NCBI GenBank assembly: GCA_951406725.2
Contig: OX597843.1
Span: 5,704,001 to 5,768,000, forward strand
DNA length: 64,000 nucleotides
DNA from: Octopus vulgaris
Lineage: Eukaryota
Direction: 5' to 3'
The position numbers and the translations under genes were made by a program. Of the stretch, positions 1-12,024 are shown piece by piece. Position 1 is the stretch's first letter. Every line of letters begins with the position of its first letter. Below the pieces are notes generated by a model. The model made no database searches, was not told where the DNA came from, and worked only from the letters and a program-made list of their open reading frames with translations.

Positions 1-304
1 CCACAACTTTCTCTCATTCTTTCCTCCTGCATCTTGCAGCTCACCTGCGATGGACCAGTGTCTCGTCCAGGTGGGGAACCTATACGCCAAGGAAACCGGC
101 CCTTATGAGCCAGGCATGGCTTGAGAAGGAAACAACCAGCATGGCTGTTTTTTATGTGCCACTGGCATGAGCTCTCTTTTGGTGGTGCCAGTCTGGATGC
201 ACAGCTCCTTTTTACATGACGCCTTCACTGCTTGACAACAGGTGCTTGCATCCCTGTAACTTAGTGGTTCAGCAAAAGAGACTGATAGAATTGAGTACTA
301 GATT

Positions 305-1548
305 TTAACCCTTTTGTTACCATATTTCTTCTGTTGAGATGCTCTGTGTTTCTTTCAATTACTTTAAATATAAGAAAAAATTTAGTAAAATAACTTAGTT
401 ATCATTCAGCTAGTGTTAGGAACATAAATTGTGACTAAGGTTTGGTGGAAGATTTTAATTCAAAACTTATGAAAACAAGACATTTGTACTACAGAGCCAG
501 AGATGGTTTCAGCCAGGTTGGTATCGAAAGGGTTAAGAATTGTTTCTCTATTATATATCTTAACCCTTTTGTTACCATATTTCTGTTGAGATGCTCTGTG
601 TTTCTTTCAATTACTTTAAATATAACAAAGAATTTAGTAAAATAACTTAGTTATCATTCAGCTAGTGTTAGGAACATAAATTGTGACTAAGGTTTGGTGG
701 AAGATTTTAATTCAGAACTTATGAAAACATGACATTTGTACTACAGAGCCAGAGGTGGTTTCAGTCGGGATGGTATCAAAAGGGTTAAGAATTGTTTCTC
801 TATTATATATCTTAACCCTTTTGTTACCATATTTCTTCTGTTGAGATGCTCTGTGTTTCTTTCAATTAATTTTAAATATAACAAAGAATTTAGTAAAATA
901 ACTTAGTTATCATTCAGCTAGTGTTAGGAACATAAATTGTGACTAAGGTTTGGTGGAAGATTTTAATTCAAAACTTATGAAAACAAGACATTTGTACCAC
1001 AGAGCCAGAGATGGTTTCAGCCAGGTTGGTATCGAAAGGGTTAAGAATTGTTTCTCTATTATATATCTTAACCCTTTTGTTACCATATTTCTGTTGAGAT
1101 GCTCTGTGTTTCTTTCAATTACTTTAAATATAACAAAGAATTTAGTAAAATAACTTAGTTATCATTCAGCTAGTGTTAGGAACATAAATTGTGACTAAGG
1201 TTTGGTGGAAGATTTTAATTCAGAACTTATGAAAACATGACATTTGTACTACAGAGCCAGAGGTGGTTTCAGTCGGGATGGTATCAAAAGGGTTAAGAAT
1301 TGTTTCTCTATTATATATCTTAACCCTTTTGTTACCATATTTCTGTTGAGATGCTCTGTGTTTCTTTCAATTGCTTTAAATATAAGAAAGAATTTAGTGA
1401 AATAACTTAGTTATCATTCAACTAGTGTTAGGAACATAAATTGTGACTAAGGTTTGGTGGAAGATTTTAATTCAGAACTTAAGAAAACAAGACATTTGTA
1501 CTACAGAGCCAGTGACGGTTTCAGCTGGGTTGGTATCAAAAAGGTTAA
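305..1548. mobile_element. Tandem array of five TTAA-bounded (piggyBac-type) MITEs
   Basis: Unit about 254 bp: TTAA-CCCTTTTGTTACC...GGTATC(G/A)AAAGGG-TTAA plus a constant spacer GAATTGTTTCTCTATTATATATC. Confidence 0.8.
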
Positions 1549-3294
1549 AAAAAGCAAGTGCTGTGGCCACAGTCAAATGATTGACACCAAAAGGAAAAAA
1601 ATATATATATAAACAGAACCACTTATTTTGACCTCCCACTGACTTTTGGCAGTTACTATCTGGTAAATTATCTCGTTCTGTTTGCAATAAGACCTGCAGA
1701 AGGAAATCTGGGTTGTCATGCTATGTGAAATGTCACAATTGATTTTCTGATATCATTCACAGCAAAAACAGGCTTTCTTGTGTTGTGTCATCATCATCAT
1801 CATCATTTGATGTCTGGTTTCTGTGCTGTTGTTAAGCAACAAGACAGGTAAGGGTGGTGGTCTAGGGCTTAGGGGCAGGAGACCCAGACCTTGAAGGAAA
1901 AAAAAAAAACTTTGGCTGTCTTGTTGTTGTCGAGGGCTCTTCGTTGACACCCGACACCACTGGGAGGTGGCCCTCGAAGTCGCTGGGAATGGAGATCTCC
2001 AGGTCCAAATTCTTGGACGGCTGGCATCGGTTGGACAGTTTGGCTGAAAAACTGGTAAGTTGGGGGAAGCTGCACCAGGTTCCGGTCTGATTTGGCATGG
2101 TTTCTACAACTGGATGCCCTTCCTAATGCCAACCACTTGAAGAGTGTAGTGGGTGCTCTTCACATGCGTAAAAAGCACGCTTTGAACATTCAGAAATACC
2201 AAATAAGGAGCTCTATGTTTTTCATATTCATATTAAAAATCATCATCATCATCATTTAGCGTCCGCTTTCCATGCTAGCATGGGTTGGACGGATCAACTG
2301 GGGTCTGTGAAGCTGGAAGGCTTCGTCAGGCCCAGTCAGATCTGGCAGTGTTTCTACGGCTGGATGCCCTTCCTAACGCCAACCACTCCGCGAGTGTAGT
2401 GGGTGCCTTTACGTGCCACCTGCACATTTAAAAATGTTTTAAATATATTCTTTTACTTGTTTCAGTCTTGACCCAGCGTTGCCAGGTCTGGTGCTAGTGT
2501 TTGTTGTTCGTTGCTGGGTCGCAGTAAAAATTTCTCACTAAATCAAGAGCTAAGTTTCTTATAACATATCAGCCCGGGGCCAGTTTGGTTGTTTATGAGA
2601 GTAATTAATATTCATTGGACTTTGGTTTTCACACCTGGAACAGCATAATCATGGAAAATTAGAAGGGACTGTGCACATGCCATTAGTCAGACAAAAAAAG
2701 GAGGCAGAAGAAAGCAAAAAACTCGAATTTGGCCGCAAAATAACTTATGGGCATAAGGGGTCGGTTTATTGAGGGGTGACTGGGGAAATGAAAAGATCAT
2801 CACGACCACCCTCGGGCAGTTTTGAAAGCCCATAGAAAATGCGAGCCTTTTATGTGAAAAACTGGATTTGTATGAAGGACACACAGACACCCTCGGGCAG
2901 TTTTGAAAGCCCATAAAAAATGCGAGCCTTTTACGTGAAAAACTGTGGATTTGTATAAAGGACACACTGACACACAGTCATTTTGCTGTTTATAGATATA
3001 GAGATATGTTATTGCGAAAGTAGGGATAATTTTTGACTTCCCTTGTGTATATACAGGCCGAGTTCAAGACATTGTGTCTTACGAAGGAGATGACGAAGGG
3101 TCATCAGGAGGGAACGTGTGCTCTTTTGCGGGCCCCCAATGTTTAGGGCATTATTGTTTGTCTGCCTTTCTGTCTGTTCGTCCTGTTTCTTTTTACCTGT
3201 GTGTATGTGTGTCTCTTCAGCTTCACTTACCTTCCCACTCTCTTCATCTCTGTCTCTTCACTTACCTTCCCACTCTCTCTATACCCCCCCACAG

Positions 3295-3511
3295 GTGCCG
3301 GCCTAGCTACAGTCGTCGTCTCCTACCTGTTCACCACCTACTACAACATCATCATCACCTGGTCGTTCTACTACCTGTTCAACACCTTCACCTCCCTCCT
3401 GCCATGGACCCACTGTAATCACACCTGGAGCTCTCCCACCTGCTGGGACTCGGGGTCGGTCAACACCACTGCACCCAACAACACCATCTCACCCACTGAG
3501 AACTTCTTTAT
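3295..3511 (+). CDS. ine: SLC6 transporter (inebriated-like), first visible internal exon (TM3-EL2)
   Basis: Polypyrimidine tract and cag acceptor, gtaagt donor at 3512. Encodes GAGLATVVVSYLFTTYYNIIITWSFYYLFNTFTSLLPWTHCNHTWSSPTC..., with the SLC6 YYN, LPW and EL2 Cys pair and N-glycosylation sequons. Upstream exons (TM1-2) were not found in the window. Confidence 0.93.
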
Positions 3512-4436
3512 GTAAGTACTTGGTTTGTTCTCTTGTTCGCTTATTCTGTTCATTCGTTACTGTCTTTGTTCGTTAATGTATTTGCTCATTAGCGAAGGGG
3601 CGTGGCTTGGTGGTTACTCTCTTTATCTCTTTTACTTGTTTCGGTCATGTGACTGTGGCCATGCTGGAGCACTGCCTTTTTTAGTCGAGCAAATCGACCC
3701 CAGGACTTATTCTTTGTAAGCCTAGTACTTATTGTATCGGTCTCTTTTGCCGAACCGCTAAGTGACGGGGACGTAAACACACCAGCATCGGTTGTCAAGC
3801 AATGTTGGGGGGACAAACACAGATACACATACATATACATACATATATATATATATATGTGTGTATGTATATATATATATATATATATATACGATGGGCT
3901 TCTTTCAGTTTCCGTCTACCATATATATATATATATATATATATATACGACGGGCTTCTTTCAGTTTCCATCTACCAAATCCACTCACAAGGCTTTGGTC
4001 GGCCCGAGGCTATAGCAGAAGACACTTGCCCAAGGTTGCCACACAGTGGGACTGAACCCAGAACCATGTGGTTCGTAAGCACGCTACTTACCACACAGCC
4101 ACTCCTATGCCTAGGTCAGGTGAATTCGACTCACAATCGTAAGGTCATGATTTCAATTCCCAGCAATGTGTTGTCCTTGAGCAAGACACTTTATTCCACA
4201 TTACTCCAGTACCTCCCCCCCAAGCTGGCAAAAAAATGAGTGGTACCTGTTATTCAAAAGGGAGCCAACCTTGTCCCATTCTGTGTTTTCACTGAATCTC
4301 TCTGAGAACTACGTTAAGGGTACACATGTCTGTGGGGTACTCGGCCACTTACACGTTAATTTCATGAGCGGGCTGTTCCGTTGATCGGTTCAACCGGATC
4401 CCTTGATGTCGTAACCGACGGAGTACTTCTTGTGAA

Positions 4437-4730
4437 GGCACGTGGCTTAGGGGTTAGGGCATTCGTCTCACGATCGTAAGGTCCTGAGTTCAATTCCCGG
4501 TGACGAGTTGTGTCCTTGAGCAAGACTCTTTATTCCACTCCACCCACCTGACCAAAATGAGAGAGCAGTACCTGTAATTCACAAGGGTTCAGCCTTGTCC
4601 CATTCTGTGCCCTGCTGAATCTCCCTGAGCGCTACGTTAAGGGTACACGTGTCTGTGGAATACTCAGCCACGTTAATTTCACGAGCAGCCTGTTCTGTTG
4701 ATTGGATCATCTGGAGAACATGTCGTCATA
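4437..4730 (+). mobile_element. tRNA-derived SINE family C, representative copy
   Basis: Head GGCACGTGGCTTAGGGGTTAGGG...GAGTTCAATTCCCGG, then TGTGTCCTTGAGCAAGAC. Related copies at 4115-4425, 58341-58595 and 24820-25185 (-). Confidence 0.72.
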
Positions 4731-4929
4731 AACAACAGATTCAGGCTAATTATAGTGTTTGTTCGTTAACTTGTATGACATTCATCGCTGTGTTTGCTCG
4801 TTAGCTGGTTTGATCATTACTTTCTTCATAACCTTATTCGTTACCGTGTGTTCGTTAATTTGTTTTTCTTTGTTACTTCATTAACCATTATCTTGCAAAC
4901 TGCTTTATTTCATTAAGTTGTGCATGCTT

Positions 4930-5500
4930 CATTAATCCATTTGTTTGTTACTAATTTACTCATTAATATCTTTGCTCGTCACTAATTTACTCATCACTAT
5001 GTTAACTCCCTGCTAATTTATTCGTTATTATGCTTGCTCATTACTAATTTTTTCATTACTATAATTGCTGATTACTAGTTTTTTCATTATATTTGCTTGT
5101 TATTACATCTGCTCATTATTACGTTTGTTAATTACTAATTTGCTCATTACTAATTAGTTTCATTACTACATTTGCTCGTTATTTCTTTTGTTAATTACTA
5201 ATTTGCTCATTACTAATTAGTTTCATTACTACATCTGCTCATTATTACATTTGTTAATTACTAATTTGCTCATTACTGTGATTGCTCATTACTAATTAGT
5301 TTCATTACTACATTTGCTCATTATTATGTTTGTTAGTTACTAATTTGCTCGTTACTATTGCTCATTACTAATTAGTTTCATTACTACATTTGCTCGTTAT
5401 TACATTTGTTAATTACTAATTTGCTCATTACTACATTTGCTCATTATTACGTTTGTTAATTACTTCGTTTGCTTCTCACAACATCTGCTAATTACTTTGT
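4930..5500. repeat. AT-rich degenerate minisatellite
   Basis: Recurring TTACTAATTTGCTCA, TTACTAATTAGTTTCA and TTACTACATTTGCTC modules. Confidence 0.8.
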
Positions 5501-6592
5501 TTATTATCTTCTTTGTCGTTGAGTTTATTTCTTAATTTGTTTGCTCGTTAACTCATTAATTACGTTATACTAGTTACTTTATTAATTTATTCGGTGTACA
5601 TTAATTCATTTGCTTCTCACTGGATTTCTTCATTAATTAATTTATTAGTTCGTTAATTAACTTATTACTGAATTTGAATATTAATTAATTTTCTCATTAT
5701 TATGCTTGCTCGTTATGACACCTACTCATTAATTTGTTCATTATTTGATACTTATTTTTATTTTATATCTTGTATCAGTCATCAGAATGCGACCCTGCTG
5801 GAGCATCGCCAAGGAGGATTTTTAGTCAAATCGGTTGACGCTAGTATGTTTTTTTTTAAAACTTGGTACTTATTCTATTGATCTCTGTTGCTGATCTGCT
5901 AAGTTATGGAGATGTAAACACACCAACACCGATTGGCAAGCGGTGGTGGGGGACAGACAAAGACACACACGATGGGCTTCTTTCAGTTTCCATGTCCACT
6001 CACAAGGCTTTGGTTGGCCCAAGACTATAGTAGAAGACACTTGCCCAAGGTGCCTCAGAGTGGGACTGAACCCAGAACCATGTGGTAGGGAAGCAAGCTT
6101 CTTACCACACAGCCATGCCTGCACTTATATGTATAATATATACACCATTTAGCGGTTCGGCAAAAAGAGACCGATAGAATAAGTACTGGGCTTACAAAGA
6201 ATAAGTCCCGGGGTCGATTTGCTCGACTAAAGGCGGTGCTCCAGCATGGCCACACAGTCAAATGACTGCAACAAGTAAGAGTAAGTACATACAAAGGTGG
6301 CAGAAACGTTAGCACACCGGGCATTGTTTTGTCTGCCGCTATGTTCTGAGTTCAAATTCCACCAAGGTCAACTTTGACTTTCATCCTTTTGGGGTTGATA
6401 AATTAAGGACCAGTTACGCACTGCAAAAGAATAAGTACTGGGGTCAAACCATTTGACTAAAGAATTCTTCAAGGCGGTGCCCCAGCATGGCCACAGTCTG
6501 ATGACTGCAACAAGTAAAAGATAACAATTTAAAGATAATTTTATTGCATTTTTTTTTTTATTTTGTGTGTTTTTTTCTTTCTCTTCTTCCAG

Positions 6593-6725
6593 GAACTCCC
6601 TACTCCAGAAAACTCCTCGAATGGAAGAACAGGGAGTAATCCGATGGGAACTGGTGCTCCTGTTAATGTTATGTTGGCTGCTTGTATATTTCTGTATCTG
6701 GAAAGGTCCCAAGTCCACTGGCAAG
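6593..6725 (+). CDS. ine: SLC6 ine-like exon (TM4)
   Basis: ccag acceptor, gtattg donor. Phase joins the previous exon (AT+G). Encodes [44 protein letters not shown]. Confidence 0.94.
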
Positions 6726-8059
6726 GTATTGGTTATTCGTTATCTCTTAATTAATTAATTAAAGCAACAAGGTGGCAGAATCGTTAGAACGCTGGGCAAA
6801 ATGCTTAGCGTCATTTCATTCGTTTTTACGTTCTGAGTTCAATTCCACGAAGTTCTACTTTGCCTTTCATCCTTTCAGGGTTGATGAAACAGGTACCAGT
6901 TGAGTACTGGGGGTCGATGTAATTGACTATTCCCCACTCCCCAAGTTTCAAGACTTGTGCCTTTTGTGGAAAGGATCGGCCTTCTGGCAGAATCGTTAGC
7001 ATGCAGGGCAAAACGCTTTGCAGCATTTTGTCTGTCTTTACGTTCTGAGTTCAAATTTTGCCGTGGCCCCCTCTCCTGAAATTGCTGGCCTTGTGTCAAA
7101 ATTTGAAATCATTGTTATTATTATTAAGGCAGCAAGCTGGCCGAAACATTAGCACGCCGGGCGAAATGCTTAGCGGTATTTTGTATGCTGCTACGTTCTG
7201 AGTTCAAATTCCACACGATGTCGACTTTGCCTTTCATCCTTTTGGAGTCGATTAAATAAGTACCAGTTACGCACTGGGGTCGATATAATCAACTTAATCC
7301 ATTTGTCTGTTCTTGTTTGTCCTCTTTATGTTTAGCCCCTTGTGGGCAGTAAAGAAATAAGAAACATTAGCACGCCAGACAAAATACTTAGTTCAAATTC
7401 CACACAATGTCGACTTTGCCTTTCATCCTTTTGGAGTTGATTAAATAAGTACCAGTTACGCACTGGGGGTGATGTAATCGACTTAATCCGTTTGTCTGTT
7501 CTTGTTTGTCCCCTCTGTGTTTAGCCCCTTGTGGGCAGTAAAGAAATAAGAAACATTAGCACGCCAGACAAAATACTTAGTTCAAATTCCACACAATGTC
7601 GACTTTGCCTTTCATCATTTCGTGGTCGATTAAATAAGTACCAGTTACACTCTGGGGTTGATGTAATCCCTTCCCCCAAATTTGAGGCCTTGTGCTTCCA
7701 GTAGAAATATTATTATTATTATTATAATTACAGCAACGAGCTGGCAGAATGGTTAGCAACGTCCGGCAAGATGCTTAGCAACATTTCACTCATCTTTGTA
7801 TTCTAGGTTCAAACTTTGCTGAGGTTGACTTTGCCTTTCAGCCTTTGGGGGTCGATGAAATAAGTACCAGTTACACACTGGAGTCGCTGTAATCGACTAG
7901 ACCCCCCCCCTTCAAATTTCAGGCATTGTGCTTATTTCTCTCTGTCATTCTCACTCCTATCTTTCTACAGGACACTTCCGCCTCCTCCCCCTCCTCTATC
8001 TCTCCATGTCTTCCTCTCTCTTTTCCAGGTCCTTTATGTCACTGCTATCCTTCCATCCA

Positions 8060-8275
8060 TTGTATTTCTCTCCTTTCCCTCTCTCTCCTTCCTTCCTTCT
8101 CTTTCTCTCCTCTCCCTCTCTCCTCTCCCTCCTTCCTTCTCTTTCTCTCCTCTCCTCTTTCTCTCCTCTCCTTCTCTCTCCTTCCTTCTTTCTCTCCTCT
8201 CCCTCTCTCTCCTTCCTTCTCTTTCTCTCCTCTCCTTCTCTCTCCTTCCTTCTCTTTCTCTCCTCTCACTCCTGT
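8060..8275. repeat. CT-rich polypyrimidine tract
   Basis: More than 200 nt almost purely C/T, with CCTTCCTTCTCTTTCTCTCCTCTC units, upstream of exon 8351. Confidence 0.88.
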
Positions 8276-8350
8276 TCCTTCTACACCACACCTTATTTAT
8301 CCTCCTCCTCCACCCACATCTCTCCATGTTTCCCTCTCTCTCTTCTCCAG

Positions 8351-8485
8351 GTCGTTTATGTCACTGCCATCTTCCCGTACATCGTGCTCTTCATCCTGTT
8401 GATCCGAGGAGTAACTCTGCCGGGGGCCAAGGAAGGGATTCTGTTCTTCATTAAACCGAAATGGTACCAACTTGCGGACGCTAAA
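8351..8485 (+). CDS. ine: SLC6 ine-like exon (TM5)
   Basis: 135 nt, ccag/gtaagt. Encodes [45 protein letters not shown]. Confidence 0.95.
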
Positions 8486-9522
8486 GTAAGTATTGACTGA
8501 CATCATCCTCAGGTTCGCTGCTGCTCTCAGGTTCACTCCTGATGATGGCACTGGGGAAGTCTGGCAGCTGATCGCTGGCAATGTTTTTAGAATTTTATCG
8601 TTTATTTGTTTCAGCCCTTTGATTGTGGCCATGCTGGGGCAAAGCCTTGAAGAATGAATCAACCCAGTACTTATTTATTTATCTATTTGGTTTTGTTTTA
8701 AGCCTGGTAGTTATTCACTCAGTCTGTTTTGCCAAACCGCTAAGTTACAGGGATGTAAACACACCAACACTGGTTGTCAAGCAATGATGGTGAACAGACA
8801 CACACATACACTTACATATATGTGTGTGTATATGCAATAGGCTTCTTTCAGTTTCCATCTACCAAATCTACTCACAAGGTTCTGTTTTGCCAAACCGCTA
8901 AGTTACAGGGATGTAAACACACCAACACTGGTTGTCAAGCAATGGTGGTGAACAGACACACACATACACTTACATATATGTGTGTGAATATGCAATAGGC
9001 TTCTTTCAGTTTCCATCTACCAAATCTACTCACAATTTTCTGATTGACCCGAGGCTAAGGTAGAAGACAATTGCCCAAGGTGCCATGCAGTGAGACTGAA
9101 CCTGGTAATTATTCACTCAGTCTGTTTTGCCAAACGGCTAAGGGTTGTTCAACGAACCACCCATGTTTCCAGAGGTGAATTATCCAAACCCCAAAGAATC
9201 CCTCTCACCACATGGCTATGATGCTCCCCCACTACTTCTGCTCATGGTCAGAGATGCACATATCGTCAGCCACTAAGGGACATGGTCAACTGGTTAAGGT
9301 CAAACAACAGACAAGCAAATCTGTGGTATTGAGCAGAATATTTGCTGTAGCCCATCTTTTATACCATGACAAAACAATGTACATGATAACACTTCCAATC
9401 AGTTAAGATCAGAAGCCATGAGAGCCACTGCCTGGTACTGCATCAGGGCATTTATTATTATTATTATTATTATTAGAAATATTAAACATCTCATAGAGAT
9501 ATGTACGGTGGTGGGGTGATAG

Positions 9523-9750
9523 AATGGTTGTATACTGTCAATTTAACGTGACAGTAGGTGATTACACCATCGGTGTTTAGCCCTAGGAAGCATCTACGCT
9601 TCTTGATGGCTTCAACACATTTTTTTTTTCCTATATAAGGACACAGGAAAAAATGTGTCGAATCCATCAGGAAGCATCGATGCTTCCTAGGGCTAAACAC
9701 CGATGATGTAATCCACTACTGTCACGATAAATTGACAGTATACAACCATT
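9523..9750. repeat. Foldback palindrome / MITE-like element
   Basis: AATGGTTGTATACTGTCAATTTA...CCTAGGAAGCATC pairs with GATGCTTCCTAGG...TAAATTGACAGTATACAACCATT. Arms are about 110 bp. Confidence 0.85.
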
Positions 9751-10248
9751 ATTATTATTATTATTATTCAGTAGTCTTATTTTTATATCGTGCTTTCACT
9801 TCACTACCGAGCACAGCTCTGTGTGCCTTGGGTATGTGCTGTGATTTGTTGTGATGCTCTGATGGTTACTATATTGAAAGTGTTCTGCGTAGGATGTGTG
9901 CAGTGCTTGGTTGTGCTATTTTCTGTATGTTATATAAATTCATATATTATTATTATTATTATTATTATTTACCAAGGCAGTGTGTTTCTATAATTAAAAT
10001 GTCGTTCCTGTTGTTTTGTTAATGTGAAAGTAATTAATTTATTTACTGTTACAATCAGAAGGGAACTAGTAAGCTGTACTTAATGAATCCAGGTCATGGC
10101 TCTCGTTAACGTTAACGAAACCTGAATGCAGTGAACAAAAACAATGAGGTGCACACGCACGCACAAGCATGCACTTTATGTATATATATAATGCGTACTT
10201 GTGTGTGTGTGTGTATATATATATATATACGACATTTATATATATGGA

Positions 10249-10632
10249 GGCGCAGGAGTGGCTGTGTGGTAAGTAGCTTGCTAACCAACCACATGGTTCC
10301 AGGTTCAGTCCCACTGCGTGGCATCTTGGGCAAGTGTCTTCTGCTATAGCCCCGGGCCGACCAATGCCTTGTGAGTGGATTTGGTAGACGGAAACTGAAA
10401 GAAGCCTGTCGTATATATGTGTATGTGTGTGTCTGTGTTTGTCCCCCTAGCATTGCTTGACAACCGATGCTGGTGTGTTTACGTCCCCGTAACTTAGCTG
10501 TTCGGCAAAAGAGACCGATAGAATAAGTACTGGGCTTACAAAGAATAAGTCCCGGGGTCAATTTGCTCGACTAAAGGCGGTGCTCCAGCATGGCCGCAGT
10601 CAAATGACTGAAACAAGTAAAAGAGTAAAAGA
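10249..10632 (+). mobile_element. tRNA-derived SINE family A, representative full copy (dozens of copies in the window)
   Basis: A-box-like TGGCTGTGTGG, B-box-like GGTTCAGTCCC, an internal (TA/TG)n stretch and an AAAGAGT tail. Other copies include 11347-11705 (+), 3630-4110 (-) and 52595-52995 (-). Confidence 0.85.
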
Positions 10633-10639
10633 TATATAT

Positions 10640-10885
10640 ATATATATATATATATAATTCAAATCAGACCATGTTAACATCAAAAAGGTGCTTTTTTTCC
10701 TATGAAAATCCCTATATTTTTCACAATGTTTTGACTGCTGTGTCTCCATTTTTCGGTGTATTTCAACCAGAAAAATGTTCACTTAAAGAGAATAACAAGC
10801 TACAGAATGCAAAATATTTACTTTTCAAAAATTCCAATTCTAAAGGGTCGAAACAAACCCAAGCAACGCCGGGTGATACTGCTAG
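10640..10885 (+). mobile_element. Helitron 3' portion
   Basis: 3' end ACAAACCCAAGCAACGCCGGGTGATACTGCTAG|T, nearly identical to that at 31422-31454. The 5' end is obscured by (TA)n. Confidence 0.6.
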
Positions 10886-11704
10886 TTTTTTTTATGTAAA
10901 ATGCAAATCCTACTTTTACCTGGAATGATAAACTTTGAATCTTTCTGGGACACCATATTTCAATATTCTGAGGTGTCTTGTGACAGTGAAGCCTTCATCT
11001 CAACTGTTTTACCTAAATAGTCTCGTCAACTGGTATAGATTGTGTTGCAGCATAATTCATACGCAATAGCTACTGCATCAAGACGTTGCATGCTGTGTGT
11101 GCATTTGCAGCACTGAATAGTTTGCACTAGTAGACAGACCCACCCACTTCTACAGGTAGTCGCTGTTTACTGTACTCCATGCATTGTGTGTGTGTGTGTT
11201 AAAAAAACATAAGCATATGTTAAAAAACACAAAATAAATTTGCAAACAAATGAAAAACAGACCCAGAAAAACACCAAATCCTTGTCAGTTATCAACCAGA
11301 AAGTTAGTCACAATTTTGCATCTTCAATGATATATATATATATATAGGCGCAGGAGTGGCTGTGTGGTAAGTAGCTTGTTTACCAACCACATGGTTCCGG
11401 GTTCAGTCCCACCGCATGGCACCTTGGGCAAGTGTCTTCTACTATAGCCTCGGGCTGACCAAAGCCTTGTGAGTGGATTTGGTGGACGGAAACTGAAAGA
11501 AGCCTGTCGTATATATGTGTATGTGTGTGTGTGTGTGTGTGTGTTTGTCCCCCTAGCATTGCTTGACAACCAGTGCTGGTGTGTTTACGTCCCCGTCACT
11601 TAGCGGTTCGGCAAAAGAATAAGTCCCGGGGTCGAGTTGCTCAAGTAAAGGCGGTGCTCCATCATGGCCGCAGTCAAATGACTGAAACAAGTAAAAGAGT
11701 AAAA

Positions 11705-11770
<66 letters not shown>

Positions 11771-11920
11771 GCATATACACACAGGGTGTCCATAAAGTTA
11801 TGGTGCTATTTCAAATACTTGTATCTTTGTTGCTAGACAAGATGGAATTTGTAAAAAGGGTAAGAAAGAAAAATGACCAAAATTTTTGATTCATCTTGTT
11901 AATTCTCCATTCTGCTCCAG

Positions 11921-12024
11921 GTATGGATGAACGCAGCCATCCAAAACTTCAACTCCCTCGGCATAGCCTTTGGTGGACTCATAACGATGTCCAGCTATAA
12001 CAAGTTCAGCAACAACATAATTAA
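11921..12024 (+). CDS. ine: SLC6 ine-like exon (TM6)
   Basis: 104 nt, ccag/gtaaat, absent from the ORF track. Encodes [39 protein letters not shown] in place of QIFFS is, from my recall, the inebriated-subfamily signature. Confidence 0.93.

Noticed and set aside
2470-3005. Possible Helitron (CTAG plus hairpin at 2471-2497, TC(TA)n-like end at about 3005)
   Set aside because: The ends point in inconsistent orientations and I could not fix the boundaries by eye.
3792-4239. Recurrent ORFs such as RRASFSFRLPNPLTRLWSARGYSRRHLPKV throughout the window
   Set aside because: These are chance translations of the high-copy SINE family A.
7926-8350. Long Ser/Leu/Pro ORFs upstream of the TM5 exon
   Set aside because: A stop-free polypyrimidine tract. 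Only 8351-8485 is coding.
10249-10325. tRNA gene candidates (A/B boxes)
   Set aside because: They are SINE heads continuing into repeat bodies, with no complete cloverleaf.
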